32,000 nt of DNA from Candidatus Omnitrophota bacterium (GTDB lineage: Bacteria; Omnitrophota; Gorgyraeia; 2-01-FULL-45-10), in NCBI GenBank assembly GCA_023818895.1, contig JAMWCX010000003.1, positions 270,001 to 302,000 on the forward strand. Direction: 5' to 3'. Made by a program: the position numbers and the translations under genes. Below are positions 1-8,580 of this stretch, piece after piece. Positions within the stretch are counted from its first letter, which is position 1. Each line of letters starts with the position of its first letter. The notes below the pieces were generated by a model. The model ran no database searches and was not told the origin of the DNA. It worked only from the letters and a program-made list of their open reading frames with translations.

Positions 1-872
1 TTGCAGAGATACTACCGGCACTCGCTATAGGATTTTTCATAAGCGGCCTGGTACATGAACTTGTCCCAGAAGAATCGGTTCTGAAATACCTGGGCTCGGG
101 TGGCATAAAACCGATACTGGCCTCCACCGTTATCGGAACAATCCTTCCGGTCTGCTGTATTGGGAGCCTCCCGATAGCGGTTAGTTTCTACAAAAAAGGA
201 GCTAAGCTCGGTCCTGTGCTCGCCTTTCTCGTTGCTACCCCTGCAACGTCTGTGAGCGCGCTACTCGTAGCCTACAGTGTCTTGGGCCCGCTTTTTACAG
301 TCTATATTTTCTTCGCGGTAATATTAATGGGTGTCGCTATGGGATTTATAGGTGACGCTATAAGGTATACGCCAAGGACTGCGCCTGCCAAAGAAGTCTG
401 CCCACATTGCGAGATAGACTCAACGCATATTCACAAACACATGAAAAAGTCGCCGAAAGAGAGAATCGTCTCTGCTCTTAAATATGCGTACTTAGAATTG
501 CCAAGGGAAATAGGCCTAGAGCTTCTAGCCGGAATACTGCTCGCCGCATTTGTGGCCACTTTTGTGCCTGTGGGGCGGCTTATAAAGATATATCTCAGCG
601 GACCGCTAGGGTACGCCTTTGCTATCATATTTGGCATAGTTATGTATATTTGCTCAACCGCCACAGTGCCTCTGGTAGACAGCCTCATGAGACAGGGAAT
701 GAATTCCGGCGCCGGCATGACGCTTCTTCTTATCGGCCCGGTCACAAGCTATGGAACTATTCTTGTCCTTAGGAAAGAATATGGCCCGAAGGTTCTTGCC
801 ATATTTATCATTTCGCTTATAATACTATCATTGATACTGGGTTTAGGCTTTTACGCTATAAGACCCACTTGA
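1..872 (+). CDS. UPF0718/YraQ (ArsP-like) family permease, N-terminus beyond window edge
   Basis: The frame of listed ORF 216..872 stays open to base 3 (my translation AEILPALAIGFFISGLVHEL...GTILPVCCIGSLPIAVSFYKKGAKLGP). Two halves each carry a Cys-containing membrane motif (LPVCCIGSLP; ICSTATVPL), separated by a Cys/His-rich loop CPHCEIDSTHIHKH. Polytopic hydrophobic profile. Confidence 0.75.
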   Translation, partial: AEILPALAIGFFISGLVHELVPEESVLKYLGSGGIKPILASTVIGTILPVCCIGSLPIAVSFYKKGAKLGPVLAFLVATPATSVSALLVAYSVLGPLFTVYIFFAVILMGVAMGFIGDAIRYTPRTAPAKEVCPHCEIDSTHIHKHMKKSPKERIVSALKYAYLELPREIGLELLAGILLAAFVATFVPVGRLIKIYLSGPLGYAFAIIFGIVMYICSTATVPLVDSLMRQGMNSGAGMTLLLIGPVTSYGTILVLRKEYGPKVLAIFIISLIILSLILGLGFYAIRPT

Positions 873-935
873 GGTTGGAAATACGTTTGAGGTCAGGTGG
901 CTCTTGGCGAGAGACGAGTTATGGAGGATTAATAA

Positions 936-1097
936 TTGGATAAAGTTCGTCCTGTCTTCATCAGGCTGCTAATCGCGGCAGCCACCGTATATGTAATCGG
1001 AACAACTTTTATATTGTCAGAACTGATAGAAAAAATCGGCAGGCTGGAGTTTGAGATGATTCATCTTACCGGAAAATGCACCGCGCACCATAAGTGA
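936..1097 (+). CDS. candidate small membrane protein (53 aa, TTG start)
   Basis: Not in the ORF track (under 60 aa). GGAGGA at 923..928 lies 7 nt before TTG 936. Translation MDKVRPVFIRLLIAAATVYVIGTTFILSELIEKIGRLEFEMIHLTGKCTAHHK has one clear TM helix. Stop TGA 1095..1097. It fills the gap between two transporter genes. Confidence 0.35.
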   Translation: MDKVRPVFIRLLIAAATVYVIGTTFILSELIEKIGRLEFEMIHLTGKCTAHHK

Positions 1098-1113
1098 TTG
1101 AAAGATTAAGATC

Positions 1114-2376
1114 GTGAAACCGCTGGTGATATTAATATTTTTGGCGGCATATACGCTCATAGTCCTTAAAAAAGGTAACCCATTCGTTGTCCTCGCCTCG
1201 GCAATAGGCGCATTCCTTGCGATAGGCGCGCTTAGTTTTCGCGAGGCCTTCCTTAGCATAAACTTCAATGTGTTGGGAGTCTTTTGGGGCACGATGGTCC
1301 TTTCAGGATTATTTATCTTTTCAAAAGTTCCCGCTTTTTTGGCCACAATGCTCGTTGACAGGGCACGCTCCATAGGGACAGCGATGCTCTACGTATGCTT
1401 TTTATCTGGTTTCATTTCGAGTTTTGTCGAGAATGTCGCCACCGTCCTCATCGTGGGCCCTATAGCGCTTGAGGTTGCCAGAAAACTTAAGGCAGATCCA
1501 GTCCCTTTCCTTATAGGGCTCGCCGTCTCATCGAACTTGCAGGGCTGCGCCACAATGGTTGGTGACAGCCCTAGCATAATACTCGCCATGTCGAGCGGGA
1601 TGAATTTTATGGATTTCTTTTGGATGAAAGGGAGGCCCGGCATAACGTTCGCCGTTGAGCTGGGAGCGCTCGCCTCATTCTTGGTGCTCTGGCTAATGTT
1701 CAGGAAATACAAGGAGCCTGTCAGCCGGGTTGAAGAAACGAGTGTCAAGACATGGATTCCGACCATTCTAATGACCATGATGATGTTGACGCTCGGCCTT
1801 TCCAGCTTTATTCCTGATAAACCACCTTATACGGTAGCCGGTATCTGCGTCATATACGGCATCGTGGGCCTTCTCTGGCACGAGCTGCGTCACAAAGAAT
1901 CAATATCTATTTTTAGAGATCTCGACTGGCATACCTTCTTTTTCCTGATAGGCATATTTATATTAGTCGGCACTCTTACGCAGCGGGGGATAGTAGACGA
2001 CATAGCGAAATATATCATAACCTACACAAAGGGCAATGTATTTATTGCCTTCACAATTATCGTCTGGGTTTCGGTAATACTATCAGCCTTCATCGACAAT
2101 ATTCCATATACGATAGCGATGATACCTGTCGCCAAGATTGTCGCAAGCTCTATGGGTATAGGGTCGGAACTTTTTCTATTCGGGCTTCTGGTGGGCACCT
2201 CTTTAGGCGGCAATATAACACCTATCGGGGCTTCTGCGAATATCGTCGCCGTTGGCATGCTTCGGAAAGAGAAATATCAAGTCAGCTTCGGCGACTTTGT
2301 GAAGATAGGACTGCCTTTTACTATAGCGGCCGTTGGCACGGCCTATCTTTTTCTTTGGGTCGTGTGGGGAAAATAA
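1114..2376 (+). CDS. ArsB/NhaD (citrate-transporter-like, SLC13-type) family permease
   Basis: 420 aa with roughly 10-12 hydrophobic helices and a GTG start. The two-repeat architecture and motifs such as SSNLQGCATMVGDSPSIIL and GGNITPIGASANIV are typical of the ArsB/NhaD ion transporter superfamily. Confidence 0.8.
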   Translation: MKPLVILIFLAAYTLIVLKKGNPFVVLASAIGAFLAIGALSFREAFLSINFNVLGVFWGTMVLSGLFIFSKVPAFLATMLVDRARSIGTAMLYVCFLSGFISSFVENVATVLIVGPIALEVARKLKADPVPFLIGLAVSSNLQGCATMVGDSPSIILAMSSGMNFMDFFWMKGRPGITFAVELGALASFLVLWLMFRKYKEPVSRVEETSVKTWIPTILMTMMMLTLGLSSFIPDKPPYTVAGICVIYGIVGLLWHELRHKESISIFRDLDWHTFFFLIGIFILVGTLTQRGIVDDIAKYIITYTKGNVFIAFTIIVWVSVILSAFIDNIPYTIAMIPVAKIVASSMGIGSELFLFGLLVGTSLGGNITPIGASANIVAVGMLRKEKYQVSFGDFVKIGLPFTIAAVGTAYLFLWVVWGK

Positions 2377-2399
2377 TTACTCTTTAGCAGTGGCTGCTG

Positions 2400-2408
2400 T
2401 GATATAAT
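2400..2408 (+). promoter_or_regulatory. possible extended -10 promoter (TGaTATAAT)
   Basis: TGA-TATAAT at 2400..2408, about 30 nt upstream of ATG 2439. No convincing -35 hexamer. Confidence 0.3.
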
Positions 2409-2438
2409 CTAAAGTTGCATAACGAATGGAGAAATGCC

Positions 2439-2669
2439 ATGCCGATCCGCAAGATGCTGTTATTAGGCCTTACAGCGCTTTTGATAGCCACCGGGCTCAT
2501 CGCATTGACATGTGCGGTCACAAGCGCTCAAGGGCCCGCTTCTCAGGGTGAAGAGCTTTTGGCTAAGATTAATGAAATACTAGCTAATCAGAAAGATATC
2601 ATCGAAGATTTAGCCGCCATCAAGGAAGAACTGCGGATAATAAAGATAAGGGTTACCCAGCAGTTGTAG
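2439..2669 (+). CDS. small secreted or membrane-anchored coiled-coil protein, unknown function
   Basis: The listed ORF starts at TTG 2415. ATG 2439 is preferred because GGAGA lies 6-7 nt upstream. N-terminal signal/anchor MPIRKMLLLGLTALLIATGLIALTCAVTSAQG, then a heptad-like acidic helix EELLAKINEILANQKDIIEDLAAIKEELRIIK. Confidence 0.55.
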   Translation: MPIRKMLLLGLTALLIATGLIALTCAVTSAQGPASQGEELLAKINEILANQKDIIEDLAAIKEELRIIKIRVTQQL

Positions 2670-2688
2670 CGCGAAAGGACTATGTGAC

Positions 2689-3414
2689 ATGGCTACCGAA
2701 AACGTCTCTTATCTGGTTGCGTTCACAGCCGGAATTCTGACATTTCTTTCACCCTGCATATTGCCTTTAGTGCCCTCATTCATCGCCTATATAACAGGTG
2801 TTTCATTCGGCGATCTTAAAGACGGACACAAGAGCGAAAAGATACGTTTCAGCATACTGAGCCATACCATACTATTCATACTCGGTTTCTCTATCGTGTT
2901 TATAATTCTCGGTCTTACCGCTACAGCTATAGGCCAAGCGCTCTTTCACTATCAGAGACCTATCAGGATAGGAGGGGGTGCGCTGATAGTGATTTTTGGT
3001 CTTACGCTGGCCGGCATAATAAAGATACCGTTTTTGCAGAAGGAACATCAGTTCCATGTGCACGCGAAAAAGGCCAGCTACGTCGGTTCATTTTTGGTGG
3101 GAGTGACCTTTGCCGCCGCATGGACACCTTGCGCCGGTCCGATACTCGGTTCGATACTCGTGATGGCCGGCACAGGGGAGAGCGTTGCCGAAGGAGCGAG
3201 GTTACTAACTTTATATTCGGCCGGTATAGCGATACCGTTTCTCTTCACAGCGCTTGCGACGCATTCTTTTTTGGGGTATTTTAATCGCTTCAAGAGGGTA
3301 ATGGCCGGCGTCAATGTGATAGCGGGTATATTCCTGATCATAATAGGTATCCTTATAATGACCGATTACCTCAATGTTCTATCGGAAAAGATGCTCAGTA
3401 TCTTTTCGAAATAA
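2689..3414 (+). CDS. ccdA: cytochrome c biogenesis / thiol-disulfide electron transporter CcdA (DsbD beta-domain family)
   Basis: 241 aa, 6 TM helices, the two conserved Cys in LSPCILPLVP and WTPCAGPILG. Followed by a thioredoxin-fold partner gene. Confidence 0.85.
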   Translation: MATENVSYLVAFTAGILTFLSPCILPLVPSFIAYITGVSFGDLKDGHKSEKIRFSILSHTILFILGFSIVFIILGLTATAIGQALFHYQRPIRIGGGALIVIFGLTLAGIIKIPFLQKEHQFHVHAKKASYVGSFLVGVTFAAAWTPCAGPILGSILVMAGTGESVAEGARLLTLYSAGIAIPFLFTALATHSFLGYFNRFKRVMAGVNVIAGIFLIIIGILIMTDYLNVLSEKMLSIFSK

Positions 3415-3433
3415 TAGTTAAGGAGACGTTTCC

Positions 3434-3508
3434 ATGATAGCGCGCCGGCACTTTGTCAATAGCTATCGTAGTATATATTATAAAATAGGGAAAAGCGCAT
3501 ATGAATAA
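3434..3508 (+). CDS. possible 24-codon upstream ORF overlapping the TlpA-like start
   Basis: AAGGAG at 3420..3425 lies 8 nt before ATG 3434. Translation MIARRHFVNSYRSIYYKIGKSAYE, stop TAA 3506..3508, overlapping ATG 3501 of the next gene. Very short with no homology support. Confidence 0.2.
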   Translation: MIARRHFVNSYRSIYYKIGKSAYE

Positions 3509-3995
3509 AAGGATATTTTTTAAATCGCTTGCGCTCATGCTGGCCGTGTTTGTTCTGAGTGCATGCGCCCCAAGAGGCTTGCGCGTGGCGGACGCAGCGC
3601 CCGATTTCAGGCTTCGTGACATAAATGGGAATATTGTCCAGCTGTCTGACCACAAAGGAAAGGTCATAATACTTGACTTCTTCGCCACGTGGTGTCCACC
3701 GTGCAAGATGGAAGTCCCGGATTTTGTGGAATTGCAGCGGCGCTACGGCGATAGAGGCTTCACGATAATAGGAGTATCGCTTTCAAGACTGGGCGATACG
3801 CAAGGCTTCGTGCAGGCTTTCGGCGTCAATTATCCGGTTCTTATAGCCGATAGTGCCGTAGCGGAGGCATATGGGCCAATAAGGTCGATACCGGTCACTT
3901 TTGTTATAGACAAGGATTTCAATATTGCCAGGAAGTATATAGGTTACAGGCCTAAAGAGGTCTTCGAGAACGATATAAAACAGCTGCTCAAATAG
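3501..3995 (+). CDS. TlpA/ResA-family thiol:disulfide oxidoreductase lipoprotein
   Basis: Lipobox VLSAC after a signal peptide. Thioredoxin fold with a WCPPC active site (ILDFFATWCPPCKMEVP). Typical CcdA partner. Confidence 0.85.
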   Translation: MNKRIFFKSLALMLAVFVLSACAPRGLRVADAAPDFRLRDINGNIVQLSDHKGKVIILDFFATWCPPCKMEVPDFVELQRRYGDRGFTIIGVSLSRLGDTQGFVQAFGVNYPVLIADSAVAEAYGPIRSIPVTFVIDKDFNIARKYIGYRPKEVFENDIKQLLK

Positions 3996-4009
3996 AAAAG
4001 AAAGGAAAT

Positions 4010-4234
4010 ATGACGGACGATAAGATAAAGAAAGCACTCGAGAAGATCAGGACAGCGCTTCAGCAAGACGGCGGTGATATAGAACTTGTGAGCGTAGAGG
4101 ATGGGGTGGTCAAGGTGCGCCTTGTGGGCGCTTGTGCGGGTTGTCCGATGAGCCAGATGACGCTCGCGAACTTCGTCGAAACTAAACTTAAGGAAGCGGC
4201 GCCGGAGATAAAGCGAGTCGAGCCCGTGCAATAA
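4010..4234 (+). CDS. NifU C-terminal-domain (Nfu-type) Fe-S cluster carrier
   Basis: 74 aa. GGDIELVSVEDGVVKVRLVGACAGCPMSQMTL contains the CxxC of the Nfu domain. Confidence 0.85.
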   Translation: MTDDKIKKALEKIRTALQQDGGDIELVSVEDGVVKVRLVGACAGCPMSQMTLANFVETKLKEAAPEIKRVEPVQ

Positions 4235-4315
4235 ACTGGACAAAATCCGCGCTTGCGCACCTTCTGGCGCTGAATGCCGGCCGGCGACATCCCCAGAGCC
4301 GCGGGAAACCAAATC

Positions 4316-4963
4316 ATGATAGTAACAAGACAAAAAGGGATCAAGGAAATACTCAAGTATATTGAGGGACGGAAAAATATATTTGTGGTCGGATGCGGCG
4401 AATGTTCTACGACTTGCAAGACAGGGGGCGAGGAAGAAGTGAAGGCTTTGAAGGACACCCTAGAAAAGGAGGGTAAGTTTGTTACCGGCTGGTGCGTTCC
4501 GGAGGCTCCTTGTATCGCCGCTAAAGTGAAGATCGAGCTTGCCAAACACAGGGCTCAGATAGAATCTTCGGATGCCATACTTGTGATGGCGTGCGGCCTG
4601 GGTGTACAATCGGTGAAGGAGAACTTGCGCCTCGAGAGAGAGGTCCACGTAGGTTGTGATACCCTTTTCATGGGGGCCATCGACCCTGCCGGGTCTTTCT
4701 TGGAAAAGTGCGCGGCATGCGGCGACTGCGTACTCGAACTCACCGCGCTCATATGTCCGGTTACGAGGTGCGCAAAATCGCTTTTGGACGGTCCTTGCGG
4801 CGGCCAGGATAAGGGCAAGTGCGAGGTCGATAAGAACAAAGACTGCGCATGGATACTTATTTATAATGAGCTCAAGAAGCAGAATAAGCTTCAACTGCTT
4901 AAAGAGCGAAAACCGCCCAAAGACCATTCCAAAAACATAAAACCGCGTTCACTCACGTTATAA
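4316..4963 (+). CDS. MTHFR C-terminal-domain (MetV-like) Cys-rich protein
   Basis: The listed ORF begins at ATG 4274. In-frame ATG 4316 (MIVTRQKGIKEILKYIEG...) fits better with how I recall homologues starting. Motifs VVGCGECSTTCKTGG, ACGLG, CAACGDC and LLDGPCGG resemble the MetV/MTHFR_C family. No metF is adjacent. Confidence 0.65.
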   Translation: MIVTRQKGIKEILKYIEGRKNIFVVGCGECSTTCKTGGEEEVKALKDTLEKEGKFVTGWCVPEAPCIAAKVKIELAKHRAQIESSDAILVMACGLGVQSVKENLRLEREVHVGCDTLFMGAIDPAGSFLEKCAACGDCVLELTALICPVTRCAKSLLDGPCGGQDKGKCEVDKNKDCAWILIYNELKKQNKLQLLKERKPPKDHSKNIKPRSLTL

Positions 4964-4989
4964 CCGGCATATGCTGCCAGAGGAAACCT

Positions 4990-5448
4990 ATGCGCAGAAT
5001 ATGCGGCGCTGTCTTTCTGATCGTGTCCATAGCAGCTTTCAGCTCTCTTTCTTCTGAGCCCACTTTTGAGGAATGGCAGAGCCTTACCGACGAGGCGCTC
5101 GACCATTACTATTACCATCGGTATAAGGAGGCCGTCGAAGTGGCCCGGGAAGCGCTTAAGGTTGCCATAGAACTGTTCGGTCCCGAAGACCTGAAGGTAG
5201 TCGGCTCGCTTGATAATCTTGCCTCGTATCTAGCGGCAACCGGCGAATATGAGGAAGCCGATGAGCTGTATCAACGGGCTTTTTCCATACTCCAGAAAAA
5301 GCTGCCAGCCGATGATGGCTACCTTGCTATCTTCATGGATTACTTGGCGATATTCTACGAGAAGATAGGCCGCGTCGAATACGCGGAAGAGCTGAGATCG
5401 CGCGCCAGAAGTATCAGGTTAAAAAAAACTAAGCAGGACCAAAAATGA
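4990..5448 (+). CDS. signal-peptide TPR-repeat protein
   Basis: N-terminal hydrophobic signal. TPR_12-like repeats (YKEAVEVAREALKVAIELFG; SLDNLASYLAATGEYEEADELYQRAFSI; LAIFYEKIGRVEYAEEL). Confidence 0.7.
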   Translation: MRRICGAVFLIVSIAAFSSLSSEPTFEEWQSLTDEALDHYYYHRYKEAVEVAREALKVAIELFGPEDLKVVGSLDNLASYLAATGEYEEADELYQRAFSILQKKLPADDGYLAIFMDYLAIFYEKIGRVEYAEELRSRARSIRLKKTKQDQK

Positions 5449-5460
5449 GGATAATGTCTT

Positions 5461-8046
5461 ATGTTGAATTTCGATAAAATGACGCTGAAGGCGCAAAGCG
5501 CCGTCCAGTCGGCTCTTGATATCGGTCGTCGCTACTCAAATCAGGAAATAGGCCCGGAGCATCTTATTCTGGGGCTTCTCGCTGTAGACGGAAGCATTGC
5601 CGTCTCCATACTCGAAAAGATGGACGTCGATATAGCCGCCTTCAAAAGGGATATAGAGGCCTTGATCGCCCAAAAGCCCAAGGTCGAAGCCTCGGAAAGT
5701 CAGCAATATTTTTCCAGGGACGCCAGAGAGCTGCTCGAAGGGGCCGCACGACAGGCCCACGCTCTTCGCGATGAATATATCAGTGTTGAGCATATCCTTC
5801 TGGCCGCCGCCGAATTTAACCGCAAAGGGGAGCTTGGGGCTATCCTGCGAAAATACGGTATAAATAGAGAGGCTATTCTCAATGTGCTGCGAGAAGTAAG
5901 GGGTTCGCAAACGGTGACAGATCAGAACCCGGAAGATAAATACAACGCTCTCGAAAGATATGGTAGAGACCTTACGAAGCTTGCTCGCGAAGGTAAGCTC
6001 GATCCAGTCATAGGCCGCGATGAGGAGATACGCCGCGCTATCCAGGTGCTTGCCCGCAGGACCAAAAATAATCCGGTTCTCATAGGCGACCCCGGTACGG
6101 GGAAGACCGCTATAGCAGAAGGCCTTGCCAGACGTATAGTAAGCGGTGATGTACCTACGACTCTGAAGAATAAAAGGATAGTGGCGCTTGATATCGGTGC
6201 GCTCGTGGCGGGGGCCAAGTACCGAGGAGAGTTTGAAGACCGGCTTAAAGCGGTATTGAAGGAGATTCAGACAAAAGCTGGAGAGATCATTCTGTTTATC
6301 GATGAGCTCCATACGCTTGTTGGCGCGGGCGGGGCGGAAGGCGCCGTTGATGCCTCAAATATGCTCAAACCGGCTCTTGCGCGCGGTGAGCTACGATGTA
6401 TCGGAGCCACGACGCTGGATGAGTACCGCAAGTATGTGGAGAAGGATAAGGCGCTTGAGCGCAGGTTCCAGCCGATATTTGTAGGCGAGCCTTCGGTGGA
6501 GGATACCATAGCGATATTGCGTGGATTAAAGGAACGCTATGAAATTTACCATGGCGTAAAGATAAAGGACGATGCCTTGGTGAGCGCCGCCGTTCTTTCC
6601 GACCGGTATATATCGGATAGATTTCTGCCGGACAAGGCGATAGATCTTGTTGATGAGGCCGCCGCAAAGCTGCGTATAGAGATAGACAGCCTTCCTACTG
6701 AGCTTGATGAGCTGGAGCGCAAAATAATGCAGTATGAAATAGAGCGCGAAGCGCTTAAAAAGGAAAAAGACGCCTCATCCCGCGAAAGGCTTAAGAAAAT
6801 GGAAGAGGAGCTCGAAGGCCTAAAGAAGAAATCCGCTGAACTTAAGAGCCACTGGGAAAAGGAGAAACAGACCATAGATAGGATCCGCAAGATAAAAGAG
6901 AGGCTGGAGCAGGCCAGACTGGATGAGGAAAGGTTCGAAAAGGAGGCGCGGCTCGACAAAGTCGCGGAGATACGCTATGGAGTGATAAGGGATCTCGAAA
7001 GAGAGCTTGATGCGGAGAATAAGAAGATGCGGGAGATCCAGAACAAGAATAGGATGCTTAAAGAAGAGGTAGATGAGGAGGACATTGCTGAGATAGTATC
7101 AAAATGGACGGGGATACCGGTATCGAAACTGATGGAGGGTGAGAAAGAAAAACTTGTCCATATGGAAGAGCGTCTCAGATCCCGCGTTGTTGGCCAAGAT
7201 GAGGCGGTTACGCTCGTATCCAACGCGGTGCGTCGGTCGCGTTCAGGACTTTCCGACACTAACAGGCCGATAGGCTCGTTTTTATTTCTCGGGCCAACAG
7301 GCGTGGGGAAGACATATCTTGCGAAGACGCTGGCATGGTTTCTTTTTGACGACGAGAACGCCATAGTACGAATAGATATGTCGGAATATATGGAGAAGCA
7401 TTCGGTGTCGCGTCTAATCGGCGCCCCGCCGGGCTATGTGGGATACGAGGAGGGAGGGCAGCTCACTGAGCGAGTGCGGCGCAGGCCGTACTGCGTGATC
7501 CTCTTTGACGAGATAGAGAAGGCGCATCACGATGTATTTAATATACTTTTGCAAATACTTGACGACGGCCGTCTTACCGACGGGCAGGGGCGGGTTGTGA
7601 ATTTCAAAAACACCGTTATTATCATGACCTCCAACATAGGCAGCACCTATTTCCAGGACGATTCCATTTCGAAAGAAGGTTTGAAGCGCGCTGTGCAGGA
7701 TGAGGTGCGCAAACATTTCAGGCCTGAGTTTGTAAACCGACTGGACGAGATAGTCATATTCAATAAATTGTCCGAAAATGATATCGAAAAAATAGTTGAC
7801 CTCCAGCTCAAGGAACTTTCAGAACGCCTTGCATCGCAGGGCATAAAGCTAGAGATCGACAAGAAGGCGCGCGAAAAACTCGCCAAAGAGGGGTTCGACC
7901 CCGACTTCGGCGCCAGGCCGCTTAAACGCTTAATACAGCGGGAAATAGAAGACAAGCTTGCCCTCGAACTTCTCGAAGGTAAGTACAGCGACGGCAGCAA
8001 GGTCACTGTAAGTATCGATCCCAAGAGCGGCAAATTCACCTTATAA
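5461..8046 (+). CDS. clpB: ATP-dependent disaggregase ClpB
   Basis: 861 aa. Clp N domain, two AAA+ modules (Walker A GDPGTGKT and GPTGVGKT), a long coiled-coil middle domain between them, and no ClpP-docking tripeptide seen. Confidence 0.97.
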   Translation: MLNFDKMTLKAQSAVQSALDIGRRYSNQEIGPEHLILGLLAVDGSIAVSILEKMDVDIAAFKRDIEALIAQKPKVEASESQQYFSRDARELLEGAARQAHALRDEYISVEHILLAAAEFNRKGELGAILRKYGINREAILNVLREVRGSQTVTDQNPEDKYNALERYGRDLTKLAREGKLDPVIGRDEEIRRAIQVLARRTKNNPVLIGDPGTGKTAIAEGLARRIVSGDVPTTLKNKRIVALDIGALVAGAKYRGEFEDRLKAVLKEIQTKAGEIILFIDELHTLVGAGGAEGAVDASNMLKPALARGELRCIGATTLDEYRKYVEKDKALERRFQPIFVGEPSVEDTIAILRGLKERYEIYHGVKIKDDALVSAAVLSDRYISDRFLPDKAIDLVDEAAAKLRIEIDSLPTELDELERKIMQYEIEREALKKEKDASSRERLKKMEEELEGLKKKSAELKSHWEKEKQTIDRIRKIKERLEQARLDEERFEKEARLDKVAEIRYGVIRDLERELDAENKKMREIQNKNRMLKEEVDEEDIAEIVSKWTGIPVSKLMEGEKEKLVHMEERLRSRVVGQDEAVTLVSNAVRRSRSGLSDTNRPIGSFLFLGPTGVGKTYLAKTLAWFLFDDENAIVRIDMSEYMEKHSVSRLIGAPPGYVGYEEGGQLTERVRRRPYCVILFDEIEKAHHDVFNILLQILDDGRLTDGQGRVVNFKNTVIIMTSNIGSTYFQDDSISKEGLKRAVQDEVRKHFRPEFVNRLDEIVIFNKLSENDIEKIVDLQLKELSERLASQGIKLEIDKKAREKLAKEGFDPDFGARPLKRLIQREIEDKLALELLEGKYSDGSKVTVSIDPKSGKFTL

Positions 8047-8094
8047 TAACGATCCCAGAAAGCGGTTAGCAACGGGTTTTTAATAAAATAATAG

Positions 8095-8123
8095 TTGACA
8101 AAAATAGTCAGGTATGATATCTT
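8095..8123 (+). promoter_or_regulatory. sigma70-type promoter of the Rrf2-iscSU operon
   Basis: TTGACA (8095..8100), a 17-nt spacer ending in TGa, then TATCTT (8118..8123). The predicted transcription start falls at or within a few nt of ATG 8132. Confidence 0.45.
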
Positions 8124-8131
8124 ATTTACGT

Positions 8132-8572
8132 ATGAAGCTTTCAACGAAATCTACATACGGATTAAGGGCGATGCTTGCGATTGCTATGAAAGATAAGAAT
8201 ACGGCAACGTCTATAAATGATATATCAGGCGCCGAAGGCATATCGGTGGCGTATCTTGAGCAGCTTCTCAACAGGCTCAGAAGGCATGGGCTTGTCGAGA
8301 GCGTCCGTGGTCCAAAAGGCGGTTATATATTATCAAGGCGCCCTTCTGAGATAACCGTCGCTGACATAGTAAAGACGCTCGAAGGCAATATTTATCCGGT
8401 ACACTGTGTATCACCGAAGAACGGCCCTTTGAGCGCCTGCTCTAGAGGAGCGTCATGCGTTCCGAAAATAGTATGGCACAAACTAGCCAGGGCCATAAGC
8501 GATTGTCTTGAATCCATCACCCTGGAAGATCTGTGCGCCGAAGCGATAAGGATTAAACGAAGAAAATCTTAA
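8132..8572 (+). CDS. iscR: Rrf2-family transcriptional regulator (IscR-like)
   Basis: The listed ORF starts at 8114. MKLSTKSTYGLRAM from ATG 8132 is the canonical Rrf2 N-terminus. Winged HTH plus three Cys (HCVSPKNGPLSACSRGASC) as cluster ligands. Directly upstream of iscS-iscU. Confidence 0.85.
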   Translation: MKLSTKSTYGLRAMLAIAMKDKNTATSINDISGAEGISVAYLEQLLNRLRRHGLVESVRGPKGGYILSRRPSEITVADIVKTLEGNIYPVHCVSPKNGPLSACSRGASCVPKIVWHKLARAISDCLESITLEDLCAEAIRIKRRKS

Positions 8573-8580
8573 GGAATACC

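Noticed and set aside
8051-8081. Weak hairpin plus TTTTT after clpB as a terminator
   Set aside because: Stem of only 3-4 GC pairs with a large irregular loop (ccc...gtt-agc-aac-ggg). Plausible but not supportable without folding energies.
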